This document shows positions 1 through 10,600 of a stretch of 64,000 nucleotides of DNA, one piece after another. The first letter of the stretch is position 1. Each line of letters starts with the position of its first letter. This DNA comes from Dehalococcoidia bacterium (lineage in GTDB: Bacteria > Chloroflexota > Dehalococcoidia > Plut-88900). The stretch is taken from positions 224,001-288,000 of the forward strand of contig OZ240215.1 of NCBI GenBank assembly GCA_965197585.1. The letters run 5' to 3'. Both the position numbers and the translations under genes were made by a program. Under the pieces are notes generated by a model, which worked only from the letters and a program-made list of their open reading frames with translations, was not told the DNA's origin and did no database searches.

Positions 1-497
1 GTGAGCCCCATGGTCTCGGCTACGGTCATACCTGAGAAGCAATAGGAACGAAATGTTGCGCTACTCGTGGGAGCCGGATCTGGAATCCATCTTAATGCGC
101 GATCAGCTGTTAGATTATAGTTCGAGCCCCCGTAGGTGGGGAGAAGGAGGTTCGGGTCGACAACGACCTCCTGTCCCGGATGACTGGCCATTACGTTGGC
201 AATGCGTGCCTCAGGGTTATTCCCCCGCCTATGGAATACTGTCCTCAACGTCATAGTCCATGCTACAGTCCAAAGTCATGCGTCGCACTGCCGCTTGGAT
301 GTCTGTTTCGGCGCGTGAGGACCCTTTTCAGCAGGAGACCTGGCCCAGCCCCGAGAATCCCGCCACGTTTGTAGACACTAGGCCGTCAGCGACAATCGAA
401 CGCTAGAGGGGGTAGAAAAACCCGAGAGATGCTCAAACACGCCGTAGCCGGTTCCGCCTCCGGCAAGCCCAACACGAAATAGGGGTAAACAACCGAA

Positions 498-1895
498 ATG
501 AGCGGATACGCAGAGAGAATACGCTGGCTCGCATTCGTGACAGTTCTGACCGTCTCGGTCGTCCTGAGCGCCTGCAGCGACAGTCCCGCGCCCACGTCAG
601 GGCCAACGGCAACCCCCACGCCCACCATGACACTCACTCAGACCCCGGTTCCCACCGCTACGCCCTCACCTGTTCCTTCAGCGACACCCTCTCAGACCCC
701 GGTTCCCACCGCCACGCCCTCACCTGTTCCTTCAGCGACACCCTCTCAGACTCCGACGCCTATCGCCGCGCCGACGCCGACCCAAACGGCAACCACCACT
801 CCCACCATGACACCCACTCAGACTCCGGTTCCCACCGCCACGCCCTCACCTGTTTCTACAGCGACACCAACTCAGACTCCGACGCCTATCGCCACGCTGA
901 CGCCGACACCCACACCCGTCACGGACTTTACGAAGCCACAAATATACAACGATAACGTGTACGTCATGCCGGTTACGGAGAATCTCGCAGGCGGCGAGCC
1001 ACCGCTAAAGGACTATGCGGTGCACTTCTACGAGCGCTTTGACGATGAGTTCGACTTCCTTATGTTCGTTTCGAATGTGGGCCCGGATCAGCATGAACCC
1101 GGCGCTTACGCGGGAGCGTACCACGTGGGTGTGCAGAACGATGTGAAGGGCATTGGCATGGAGACTTTTGCCAACAACGAAGACTGGGGATCGGCAGGTA
1201 GACTCCAGGGAGCAAGTTTCTTTGGGAGCTATTCGATCTATCACGACCACGATCTGAGCATCTTTGCCGAAGGGCCGACCTTACACGAGCTTATGCATCA
1301 ATGGGCAAACTTTGTCGTTCCGTCAGCCTGGGGTAGCCATTGGGGCTTCAGTAGCGCCGACGGCAACCTGGGAGGGTTTGACATTGCCGACCTCGTGAAC
1401 CATGGTGGCGGCCGGTACTCCGCTGGGGGGTTCACGGTGGCAGGCGCAGCTGACAACATCGTTCCCTACAGTCCTATCGAGCTTTACTTGGCGGGTTTCG
1501 CACCTCCGGACCAAGTCCCCGACCTTTGGGTTGCCGAAGATGGAGAGTGGCTGCTCGATGAGGAAGGCGAGCACGTCAGCGCCCCTGACGGGTCTTGGAT
1601 GTTCACCGCAAGTCATATCAGGACCTACACCATCGAGGAGATCATCGCCGAGCATGGCGCGCGCGTTCCCGACTCTTCGCAAGCTCAGACGGATTTTCGC
1701 GCGGCGGTGATTCTGTTGGTTGATCAAGATCACCCAGCCACCCGAGAAGTCTTGGAGACACTGAGCGCCGACGTTTCTTGGTTCAGCCGCCCCGGTGACG
1801 ACGAAACCTATCGATTCAACTTCTACGAAGCAACAGGTGGCCGGGGTACGATCATCATGGACAGCCTGTCGGAGTTCCTGAAAGATAGTGAATAG
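498..1895 (+). CDS. Lipoprotein with Pro/Thr-rich linker and C-terminal zinc metallopeptidase-like domain
   Basis: Lipobox VLSA-C, long PTATP/TPTP linker, HExxH motif (LHELMHQW) followed by SHWG and [10 protein letters not shown]. Confidence 0.75.
   Translation: MSGYAERIRWLAFVTVLTVSVVLSACSDSPAPTSGPTATPTPTMTLTQTPVPTATPSPVPSATPSQTPVPTATPSPVPSATPSQTPTPIAAPTPTQTATTTPTMTPTQTPVPTATPSPVSTATPTQTPTPIATLTPTPTPVTDFTKPQIYNDNVYVMPVTENLAGGEPPLKDYAVHFYERFDDEFDFLMFVSNVGPDQHEPGAYAGAYHVGVQNDVKGIGMETFANNEDWGSAGRLQGASFFGSYSIYHDHDLSIFAEGPTLHELMHQWANFVVPSAWGSHWGFSSADGNLGGFDIADLVNHGGGRYSAGGFTVAGAADNIVPYSPIELYLAGFAPPDQVPDLWVAEDGEWLLDEEGEHVSAPDGSWMFTASHIRTYTIEEIIAEHGARVPDSSQAQTDFRAAVILLVDQDHPATREVLETLSADVSWFSRPGDDETYRFNFYEATGGRGTIIMDSLSEFLKDSE
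620..920 (+). repeat. Intragenic 54-bp tandem repeats encoding Pro/Thr linker
   Basis: ctcagacc/ctcagact unit starts at 637, 691, 745 and again at 817, 871 (54-bp period). Confidence 0.9.
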
Positions 1896-1977
1896 CAGGT
1901 GCAGTAGGCCGGGAGGTCGTATTGATCGACACCCGCTAGCGGGTACGCTCGCTATGTGTCCAGGGGTGACGAATCGC

Positions 1978-2215
1978 GAACTGGTTGTCGTGGAGCCACA
2001 GCAACGTCAGATTGGAAAGGTGGCCCCGCTCCGGCGGTATCTCCCCGCTCAACTCGTTGGCGCTGAGGAGCAGCCATTTAAGGTTGGAGAGGCTGCCCAG
2101 CTCTGGCGGAATCTCGCCCGTTTACTGTTTGGAGACGAGATCCAGACGAATAACTCAGCCGTTGCTATCCGTGGTGACGCCGTGCCACTCGCCAATGGGC
2201 CTGTCGCTCAGCCGT
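1978..2215 (-). pseudogene. Remnant of plant-type (extracellular) leucine-rich repeat protein
   Basis: Minus-strand translation LSDRPIGEWHGVTTDSNG*VIRLDLVSKQ*TGEIPPELGSLSNLKWLLLSANELSGEIPPERGHLSNLTLLWLHDNQF, with in-frame stops at 2155-2157 and 2122-2124. Confidence 0.85.
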
Positions 2216-2223
2216 CCGCCCGG

Positions 2224-2898
2224 TCAATCATCCAGCAGCCCGTTCTGCGCAGCCCACACCACGATCTCCTGCTTCGAGTCAACGCCCAGCTTTACCTGAA
2301 TGGTGTAGATGGCGTTTCGGATGGTGACCGCTTTGACTTCCCTCGCCGCCGCAATCGCAACGTATGACATGCCCCGGCAGAACGACACAAGTATCTCCTT
2401 CTCCCTCTGGGTCAGGTTGACCTCCTTTGATTTCGCTCCGCGCCGAATCCTGTCGAAGACCCGCCTCACCACCTCGGTAGGCAGACGCCCCTCGCCTGCA
2501 GCCGCGCTCTTCATCATGCCCAGGACCTGGTCCATTCCGGCCACCTTCTGAAGATAGCCGGCCGCACCGGCGGCCACCGCCTCTATCACGGCGTTCGCCT
2601 CCGTGGATGCGGTCAGCATGATGACCCGTGTCTTGGGCAGAGACTCCATGATCTCCCGGCACGCCTCCACGCCGTCCTTCCTGGGCATCATGACGTCCAT
2701 GACGATCAAGTCGGGCGACAGCTCGGAGGCCGCCTTCACCGCCTCCACTCCGTCCCTGGCCTGGCCCACCACCTCGAACTCCTCAGACCGCTCCAGAATC
2801 ACCTGAAGACCTTCCCGAGTGACCGCATGGTCGTCGGCGAGCAGCACCCTTATGCGACGAGACTCTGTTGACAATTTATCCCTCCTGTTGTCCGCCAC
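2224..2898 (-). CDS. NarL/LuxR-family response regulator
   Basis: Receiver motifs LADDH, MDVMMP, GYLQK; C-terminal LTQREKEIL...VTIRNAIYTIQVKLGV LuxR HTH. Confidence 0.95.
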   Translation of the reverse strand: MADNRRDKLSTESRRIRVLLADDHAVTREGLQVILERSEEFEVVGQARDGVEAVKAASELSPDLIVMDVMMPRKDGVEACREIMESLPKTRVIMLTASTEANAVIEAVAAGAAGYLQKVAGMDQVLGMMKSAAAGEGRLPTEVVRRVFDRIRRGAKSKEVNLTQREKEILVSFCRGMSYVAIAAAREVKAVTIRNAIYTIQVKLGVDSKQEIVVWAAQNGLLDD

Positions 2899-4138
2899 CG
2901 GACAATGGCATCACGCAGGTCACGCTGGCGCCCCCGGCCGGTCCCGTGGGCTCGACGATAAGGCGTCCGCTCAGACGCCCGGCGTACACCCGCATGTTTG
3001 CGAAGCCGTGGCCCCGCTCCTCGTAGTCGTCGGGAAGGCCCACCCCGTCGTCCGACACCGACAGCCTGAGCTCATCCCGTCCGAAGTCGAGATCGACCAG
3101 CACCCGGCTCGCCCCGGCATGGCGAAGGGCGTTGGCGAGGGCGTTGTGGGCTAAGGAGAACAGGAGGCTCCTGACCTCTACCGAGAGTGGCGGCTCCACA
3201 CCGTTCTGCGTCAGCTCCGCCGACACCGACGTGATGGACTTGAACGTCGCGACGTGCGAGTCCAGGGTCCAGCCCAACTCACCGCCCTCGAATATGCGGC
3301 CCATGTCAATCGGGTGTCTCAGCTGCCAGACGGCGGTCTTGGAAAGCCGTGAGGTGGCATCGAGCCGTGCGGTGAGCTCCTCGTTGGAGTCTCCGGCAAC
3401 CTGTTGGGCGGCGTCTATCCCCAGGCCGATCATGAAGGCGGTCTGGGCGGCCGTATCGTGAATGGCCTGGGAGAGCTCGATCCGCTCCCGCTGAAGCGTC
3501 CGCTCCCGCTCCACTGCGGCTCTCCACCTGCTCCGCTCGAAGTTGGAGATCAGGTTGACCGTTGCGGCCACCGCATACATGACGAAGATCCTGGCGAGCA
3601 GGGACTTCTCGTCCCTTGCCCCCATGTCGATTCCTTCCCCCACCGTGAGGCTTATCGCCAGATAGAGGACGGACACAACTGTCACACAGACCATGGTCAG
3701 CCTGAAGGAGGTGAGAACCAACGCATACCCGGCCAGCGGGGGGTAGTACAGCAGGTGCAAGAAGTAGTGGTCGAAGCCTCCCCCTATCACCGTGGCGACC
3801 GAGACCATTGTTACATCCATGGCCGCGAACGCAAGAATCCAGCGCCATGTGATGGGCCTTTTCGTCGCAAGCCGGTACTGCGTCATTCCATTGAACGCCA
3901 CTAGCAGAATGAATAGCGGCGCATACACGACGTAGCGCTCCGGCCAACCCACAGGCCGGTACGCCAGCTGCACCAAATTGAAGGCGACCACGAACCAGTG
4001 TGCCCAGACCAGTATGGTCGCTATGTATCTCAGCCCATCCGGGTCGAGCCGCATGAGCGTCGAGTTTTTAATTCGAAAGACGCCAGCGGCCTTACTGATT
4101 GGACGGAAGCCCCGGCTCTGCTGAGGTGCCTGAGACAT
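2876..4138 (-). CDS. Membrane sensor histidine kinase (NarX/DesK-like class)
   Basis: Several TM segments; H-box IHDTAAQ, N-box NALANALRHA, G1 DDGVG, G2 GHGFANM; overlaps the response regulator start. Confidence 0.92.
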   Translation of the reverse strand: MSQAPQQSRGFRPISKAAGVFRIKNSTLMRLDPDGLRYIATILVWAHWFVVAFNLVQLAYRPVGWPERYVVYAPLFILLVAFNGMTQYRLATKRPITWRWILAFAAMDVTMVSVATVIGGGFDHYFLHLLYYPPLAGYALVLTSFRLTMVCVTVVSVLYLAISLTVGEGIDMGARDEKSLLARIFVMYAVAATVNLISNFERSRWRAAVERERTLQRERIELSQAIHDTAAQTAFMIGLGIDAAQQVAGDSNEELTARLDATSRLSKTAVWQLRHPIDMGRIFEGGELGWTLDSHVATFKSITSVSAELTQNGVEPPLSVEVRSLLFSLAHNALANALRHAGASRVLVDLDFGRDELRLSVSDDGVGLPDDYEERGHGFANMRVYAGRLSGRLIVEPTGPAGGASVTCVMPLSGGGQQEG

Positions 4139-4289
4139 CTCCTCTCCTGTATGCGCGTGAAACCAAGGAATGTTTGGTGGTCACGACAGTGCGTAGGTGA
4201 CCGCTAATCTAGCCACTTTCGTTTATGTCCACAAGAGTGAAATGTTGCAGAAACACACTCTCTCAGAGCCAACACTATTGCTGTCCTAA

Positions 4290-4361
4290 GAGTGTGATTA
4301 GGCACTTACCAAACCGACGAAGAGGCTCTATTTTCCTTGCTGGTAGAAACCGGACGATAGT
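4290..4361 (+). promoter_or_regulatory. Putative operator (G/A)AGTG-N8-CACTT plus candidate sigma70-like promoter
   Basis: Inverted repeat at 4290-4307 (perfect AAGTG-N8-CACTT at 18951-18968 in copy 2); TTCCTT-N17-GATAGT, present as TTTCTT-N17-GATAGT in copy 2. Confidence 0.35.
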
Positions 4362-4364
4362 TGG

Positions 4365-4620
4365 GGTCACAGGCCGCCACGTCAGCTGTGGAAGTCGGAG
4401 GAGGTCGTAGGTTCCGCTGGCTTCGCCTGTGCCGGGGAGGCTCTCACGTGGTGCTCGACAGGCCAGTCCATCCACCTCGGACCGCGGACGGAACTGCGGC
4501 GCCCGCAGTCGCTGCGCCGCTCGCCCCTGGGGTTCGCCGCCTACGGCGAGCTAGCACAGACGTCCTCCCCGAATTTTCGGACTCGGCTAGCCGGGGGTAA
4601 GTTATGACCACCTCCCGGCG
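4365..4620 (+). ncRNA. Candidate structured cis-regulatory 5' leader RNA
   Basis: Long-range pairings GGAGGAgGTC/GACgTCCTCC, GTTCCG/CGGAAC, GCTGGCTT/AGGCCAGT, CTGTGC/GCACAG; RBS pairs with ACCTCCCGGC just inside the CDS. Confidence 0.4.
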
Positions 4621-7600
4621 TCTTGCGACGCTCCCACTGCTGCTCATCGGACTGGCGGTCATCGCCGCCCTGCTTCTCACTCCTGGGGCCCAGGCCCAGA
4701 GCCGGGACTCCGGCAGCGATTTCACCCTGGACGCCGCCAACGGCTACCCGACCGGCATCTGGTCGGACGGGACCACCATGTGGGTCGCGGACTTCGAGGA
4801 TCACAAGCTGTACGCCTACCGGATGTCGGACCGGAGCCGGGACTCGGGCAAGGACTTCACTCTGGACGCCGACAACGGCTCTCCGGTGGGCATCTGGTCG
4901 GACGGGACCACCATGTGGGCGTCGGACTTCACCGACGCCAAGCTGTACGCCTACCGGATGTCGGACCGGAGCCGGGACTCGGGCAAGGACTTCAACACGC
5001 TTTCTGCAGCCGGCAACCTCTTTCCCGAGGGCATCTGGTCGGACGGGACCACGATGTGGGTGGCGGACACCGGCAACGACACGGTGTTCGCCTACGACCT
5101 GTCGACCAGGGCCTGGGACTTCGAGAAGGACATCACGCTGGGCCCCGGCCACGGCTCTCCGATGGGCGTCTGGTCGAACGGATCCACGATGTGGGTTTCG
5201 GACTGGCGGGACACCAAGCTGTACGCCTACCGGATGTCGGACCAGACGCGGGACTCCGGCAAGGACTTCGCGCTGGACGCCGACGATGAATCTTACGAGG
5301 GCATCTGGTCGGTCGGGTCCACGATGTGGGTAGCGTCCCGCGACGACGACAGGCTCTACGCATACGACTGGAACAATCCTGCGACGGGAGCGCCGACGAT
5401 AACCGGCGCGGTCCGAGTGGGCCAGACGCTGGCGGCGGGCACCCGCTCCATCGCCGACGCGGACGGGCTGGACGCCGCCATCTTCGAATATCAATGGGTT
5501 TCGAACGGCGGGAACGCCGACACGGACATCGCGGGCGCTACCGATTCGACCTACACCATCGTCCCCGGCGACCGGGGCAGGGCCGTCAAGGTCAGGGTGT
5601 CCTTCACCGACGGCGCCGGCAACAGAGAGTCGTTGACCAGCGAGCCGACGGGTCAGGTCGGGACCCCGGGCATCTGCGACCGGACGCCTGCGGTGATGGC
5701 GGCCATCGTCGCCGGGATGACCGGCGTCGGCGACTGCTCCGAGGCTTCCGAAACGAGGCTCAGGACTTGGACCGGCTCTCAGCACTTCGGCCCCGGCGTC
5801 ACGCCCGGGCTGTACCTGCAGGGGAGGGGACTGTCGGCCCTGCAGGCCGGAGACTTCCGGGACCTGTACACGCTGCGCGCCCTGGACCTGAACCGGAACT
5901 TCCTCGAGACCGTCCCGGACGGGCTCTTCGAAGACCTACGCGCCGTGGACGAGCTCTATCTGTCGGGAAACTTCATAGACGAACTGCCGGACGGGGTGTT
6001 CGACGGTCCAGGGGAAGAACTGAGCCTGCTGGACCTGTCGGCGAACGGCCTTGAGACGCTGCCGGAGGGCGTGCTGCGAAATCTGGCCGGACTCGTCTCG
6101 CTGTCGCTCTCGGGCAACGGGCTCTCGGACCTTCCGGCGGGCCTTTTCGACGGCCTGGTCGAACTCGAGGAGCTGGACCTGTCCGCCAACTCGATAGACG
6201 AGCTGCCGGACGGGGTGTTTGACCGCAATCTCGAGCTGCGCGGCCTGGACCTGTCGATCAACGAGATCTCCGAGCTGCCGGAAGGGGTCTTCGGCGGTCT
6301 CGGCGACCTGCAGAGCCTCTCCCTCGCGGGGAACGACCTGAAGAGCCTGCCGGAGGACGTGTTCGCCGACCTCGGGAGTCTCGCTGAGCTGGACCTTTCG
6401 GGAAACAAGCTCAAGGACCTGCCTACCGGCCTCTTCGAAGGTCTGTCGGGGCTGACCGACCTCGACGCGAGCGACAATCCTGGCGCACCCTTCACGTTCA
6501 CCGCAGAGCTGGAGCGACGGGGAGACGATACGGTCGTGGTCCGATTGGCCGAGGGCGCGACGCCGTTTGATCTTCAGATCGAACTGTCGGCCCGTAACGG
6601 AGACCTGTCCGCCGAGACCGTCACCATCGCATCAGGCAGTTCCTATTCGGACGTTGTCGAGGTTCGTGCGCACGGGCATCATCCCGTCACGGTGGAGATC
6701 GACTCAGTTGCTTTCCTGTTGCCTTCCGGGGGTTCAGCGTCGGGAATCCACGCCGACCGCGGCAGCGCCATGCTTATGTGGGTCGGCAGACCATTGGTCC
6801 AAAGGGAATGGATCCAGGATGGACCCTTTGCCCTGCATCCGGAGAACGCGGACCCGAAGAGCATATGGTCGGACGGCGAGACGCTTTGGGTGGGCGACGA
6901 GAGTGCCCGGAAGGTCTTCGCCTACAAGCTGTGGGACAATCCCGGCACTGCAGTCAGCGAGTACGGGACCCGAGACCCCGGCAGGGACCTTCCGAGCCTC
7001 GGCGACGAGGACTTCTACGTCACCGGCCACGGCCTCCGATTGTACGTCGCCGAAGAGTCCCTTGACGGCGCCAGCCGGGACGTCTTCGGCTACGACCTGA
7101 CGAGTTTCACGCGTGCGGAGGACCGGGACTTCGTCTACGGGGGCTTGAACGTCGCGGGGGGCGTGTTCATAGTGCGCGGCACGGCTACGGACGGCCGTCA
7201 CATGTGGATCACGAACACCACGTCGCATGCGCACGCCTTCCGTCTGTTCGACGACCCTGAGACGCCGGAGGACGAATACGGGAAGCCGGACACGTCCCGG
7301 AAACTGACGATCCCCGGCTTGGGCCAGCTGAGCGGCCTCTTCACCGACGGGCGGACGATGTGGGGCGTCAGGTTCGCCTCGAACGACGCCTCGGTGCGGA
7401 GCGTGAAACTGTCCGACGGAACCGATGCGGGGTACGACTTTCCGCTCCACGAGGACAACGACCACGCCTACGGCATCTGGTCGAACGGGGAGACCTTCTA
7501 CGTCGTTGACGCCGACGATGACATGATCTACACCTATCATGGCGTCGGCGGCGTCGTACGGCCCTCCGTCGAAGACGCGGAGACCGCCGCCCCGCTGGTC

Positions 7601-10600
7601 GGCAACACGGGGCAGCCCGGCGACGCCGGCCATGACCTGGGCTTGGCCGGCGCAAAGAGGGCCCAGGCGTTCACCACCGGGACCAGCAGAGCCGGGTATT
7701 CGCTGGCGTCCGTCGGGATCGAGTTCGGCGACGTCTCGGACACGTCGTCCGCGCCGTCCGACCTCGAGGTGACGCTCAACGCGGACGGCGGCGGCGTCCC
7801 GGGCGACGCTCTCTGCACGCTGATCGCCCCGGCGAGCCTGTTCGAGCGGAGCGTGAACACCTTCGCCGCTCCGGCCTCGGGGACGACCTGCCCGGTTCTC
7901 GAGAAAGAGACGACCTACTTCGTGGTCGTCGAAAGGGTCCGCGTCACCGGTTCCGGCGCCATCGCTGTCAGTGGAACGGTGAGCGGCTCCGAAGACACGG
8001 GAGCCGCGGAGGGGTGGTCCATCGCGGACGGAAGCGCGACATATTCTCCTCAGGCCGCCGCTCAGGGATGGGTCTACGACGCGTTTTCCTACAAGATCGA
8101 GGTGCGCGGCTCCTTCATCAACAACCCGGCTACCGGCGAGCCGACGATCGCGGGCACGCCGCAGGTTAAGCGAACCCTCGCCGTGGCGGTCTCCGACGTG
8201 TCGGATGAGGACGGGCTGTCCAACGTTTCTTACAGCTACCAGTGGATTGCCGGAGGGTTGGACATCGCCGGAGCCACCGGCTCCAGCTACACGCTCACGT
8301 CCAACGAGCAGGGCAAGCGGATCAAGGTGCAGGTGGCGTTCGTCGACGACCGTGGCAATCATGAAACGCTGACCAGCGAGGCCACGCCATCGGTCCAGGC
8401 GCCGGATCGGCCCGGAACCGTTTCGCTCTTTCCGGCGCGGCCGAGGGTCGGGATGGTGGTCAGCGCCGCGCTGAGCGATCCCGACGGCCTCCAGGGCGGC
8501 GGTTCGGGCCCTGCGGCATCTTCGGGCGCGGTTTCGTGGAGCTGGGCCAGGTCTCCTGATGGAAACGACTGGACCCGCATCGAGGCCTACGGCGAAGGAG
8601 ACAGCTACGTTCCAACCGAAGAAGACGAAGGGATGCTGCTCAAGGCCGAGGCGTCGTACACCGACGGGCACGGCTCAGGCAAGTCCGCTCAGGCCGTTTC
8701 GTCCGCTGGCGTGGGTGCCCGCGAACCGGTTCCGGAGTTGACGGTGACGGTAATCGTCACGGGCCTGTCCCACCCCTGGGGCATCGATTTCACCCCCGAC
8801 GGGACGATGCTGTTCACCCAGCGCGCCGGCGTGCTGAACGCGAGGCTGACCGACGGCACCGTCAAGCGGGTCGACGCGGATCTCGGAGATCTGCTCGTCG
8901 ACGGGTTCGCCGGCCTGCAGGCGCTGGCCGTGGACCCGGACTTTACGACCAACCGGCGGTTCTACACGCTCCAGGGGCGCGCCGGACGCGAGATGCAGGT
9001 GATCGCCTGGACGATCGATGCGGACTACGACGAGGCCACACGCGTCGTCGATCCCCTGGTAAAGGGAATACCGATCGGGCCCGGGCCCTGGCACTCGGGA
9101 GGCCGGCTGCTATTCGGTCCGGAGGGATATCTATGGATCGCGACCGGCGACGGGCGGGTGGTAACGGGCGCGCAGGACCTGACGTCCCTGGGCGGCAAGG
9201 TCCTGCGCGTAGACCCGCGGACGGGCGCTGGGGCGCCTGGCAATCCGTTCGTATCTTCCGAACTGGTGTATGCCTACGGCTTCCGCAACCCCCAGGGCCT
9301 GGCTCTGCGCCCGGGCACGGACCAGATGTGGCTGGTGGAGCACGGCCCGAAACACGACGACGAGATCAACCTGCTGAAAGCAGGCGGCAACTTCGGCTGG
9401 GATCCGGACCCGGCCGGCGGATCGTCGGGCTCCTACCACGAGGCCGGCGTCCCCATGACCGACCTGGAGAAGTACCCATCCGCCCGCCAGGCCAGATGGT
9501 CCTCGGGATTCCCCACCCTGGCAACCAGCGGGGCCGTTTTCCTGGATGGCCCCCAATGGGGGGAGTGGGAAGGGCGACTCGCGGTGGCTACGCTCAATGC
9601 GAAGTCGCTGCGGGTCTTCGAGTTCACCGAACAGGGCGATTTCGCGGGTCAGATCGTCGTTCCGGAGCTCGATGGCAGCCACGGCCAGTTGCGGACCCCG
9701 GTGCTCGGCCCCGACGGGGCGCTGTACATCGCCACCTCCAACGCACCCGGCGTCGACAGGATTCTCAGGGTGGCCGCCAACAGTGCCGCGACGGGAGCGC
9801 CCGTCATCAGCGGCACCGTTGAAGTCGGCGAATCGCTGACGGCGGTCGTGTCCGGGATCGCCGACCCCGACGGGCTCGACGATGCTGCGTTCAGTTTCCA
9901 GTGGGCCCGCAGCCACTACGGGAGCAATTTCTCCGACATCGAAGGAGCGACGGCTTCGACCTACACCCTGGTTATGGCTGACCTTGGCAAGACTATCAAC
10001 GTGCGGGTGTCGTTCTATGACGACGGAGGCAGCCTGGAGGCGCTGACCAGTCAGAGGACGGTCAAGGTATCAGTCGTGGCATGTACGGTCGGCGAGCATG
10101 CCCCTGCGGCAACGGCGGTAGAGGTAGAAGCCGTTCCCGCTATCGTCGAGTCCACCACCGAGGAATACTTCGTGCTCTACGTGCGGCCCGCCCTGAGCTC
10201 CGAACGAGAGTTCCCGATCTCGGTGACCCTGGGCGAAGACGGCACAACAACGCTGACCGAGCAGCTGTCCCCGCTCCCCAAGGAGCATTACCGGGTGGAG
10301 AAGTTCCTCATCGCCGACCCGGCCGACATCGACAACGACTGCATCGACGACATCACCGAATTGGGGGACCCGGTGGGGATGAACCCGCTGAACCCCGCGC
10401 GGGCGGTCCCTTTTCGTGATGGCGCTGTGGCCATTCCAGACCGTGAGACATTCGAGGCGCTTTCCTACAAGGGCAGAGACGTTCCCTATCACCGTCATCT
10501 CCAGGACCTGGAGTTTGTCAAGTTCTACATTATCGGCTCGTCTGCCGAGAACATGGGTGTCTATTTCATTAACACCGAGACCCACCGAATACATCCCGAT

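Larger units (their letters stand above)
4215..4700 (+). repeat. Copy 1 of ~490-bp duplicated promoter/5' leader/signal-peptide cassette
   Basis: Aligns to 18876-19366 at an offset of ~14660; near-identical over 4290-4660. Confidence 0.95.

Noticed and set aside
1-480. Short ORFs and a GGAGGT...ACCTCC hairpin at the window start
   Set aside because: Insufficient evidence for any gene or RNA call
1888-2367. 159-aa plus-strand ORF
   Set aside because: Antisense shadow of the LRR pseudogene and response regulator
4292-4312. ATTAGGCACTT resembling part of the c-di-GMP-II riboswitch consensus
   Set aside because: The rest of that consensus is absent and the motif lies upstream of the likely promoter
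4701-5370. Regular repeats that could suggest a CRISPR array or a DGR template/variable pair
   Set aside because: In-frame 135-bp coding repeats with no unique spacers; no cas or reverse transcriptase gene; differences are not adenine-specific
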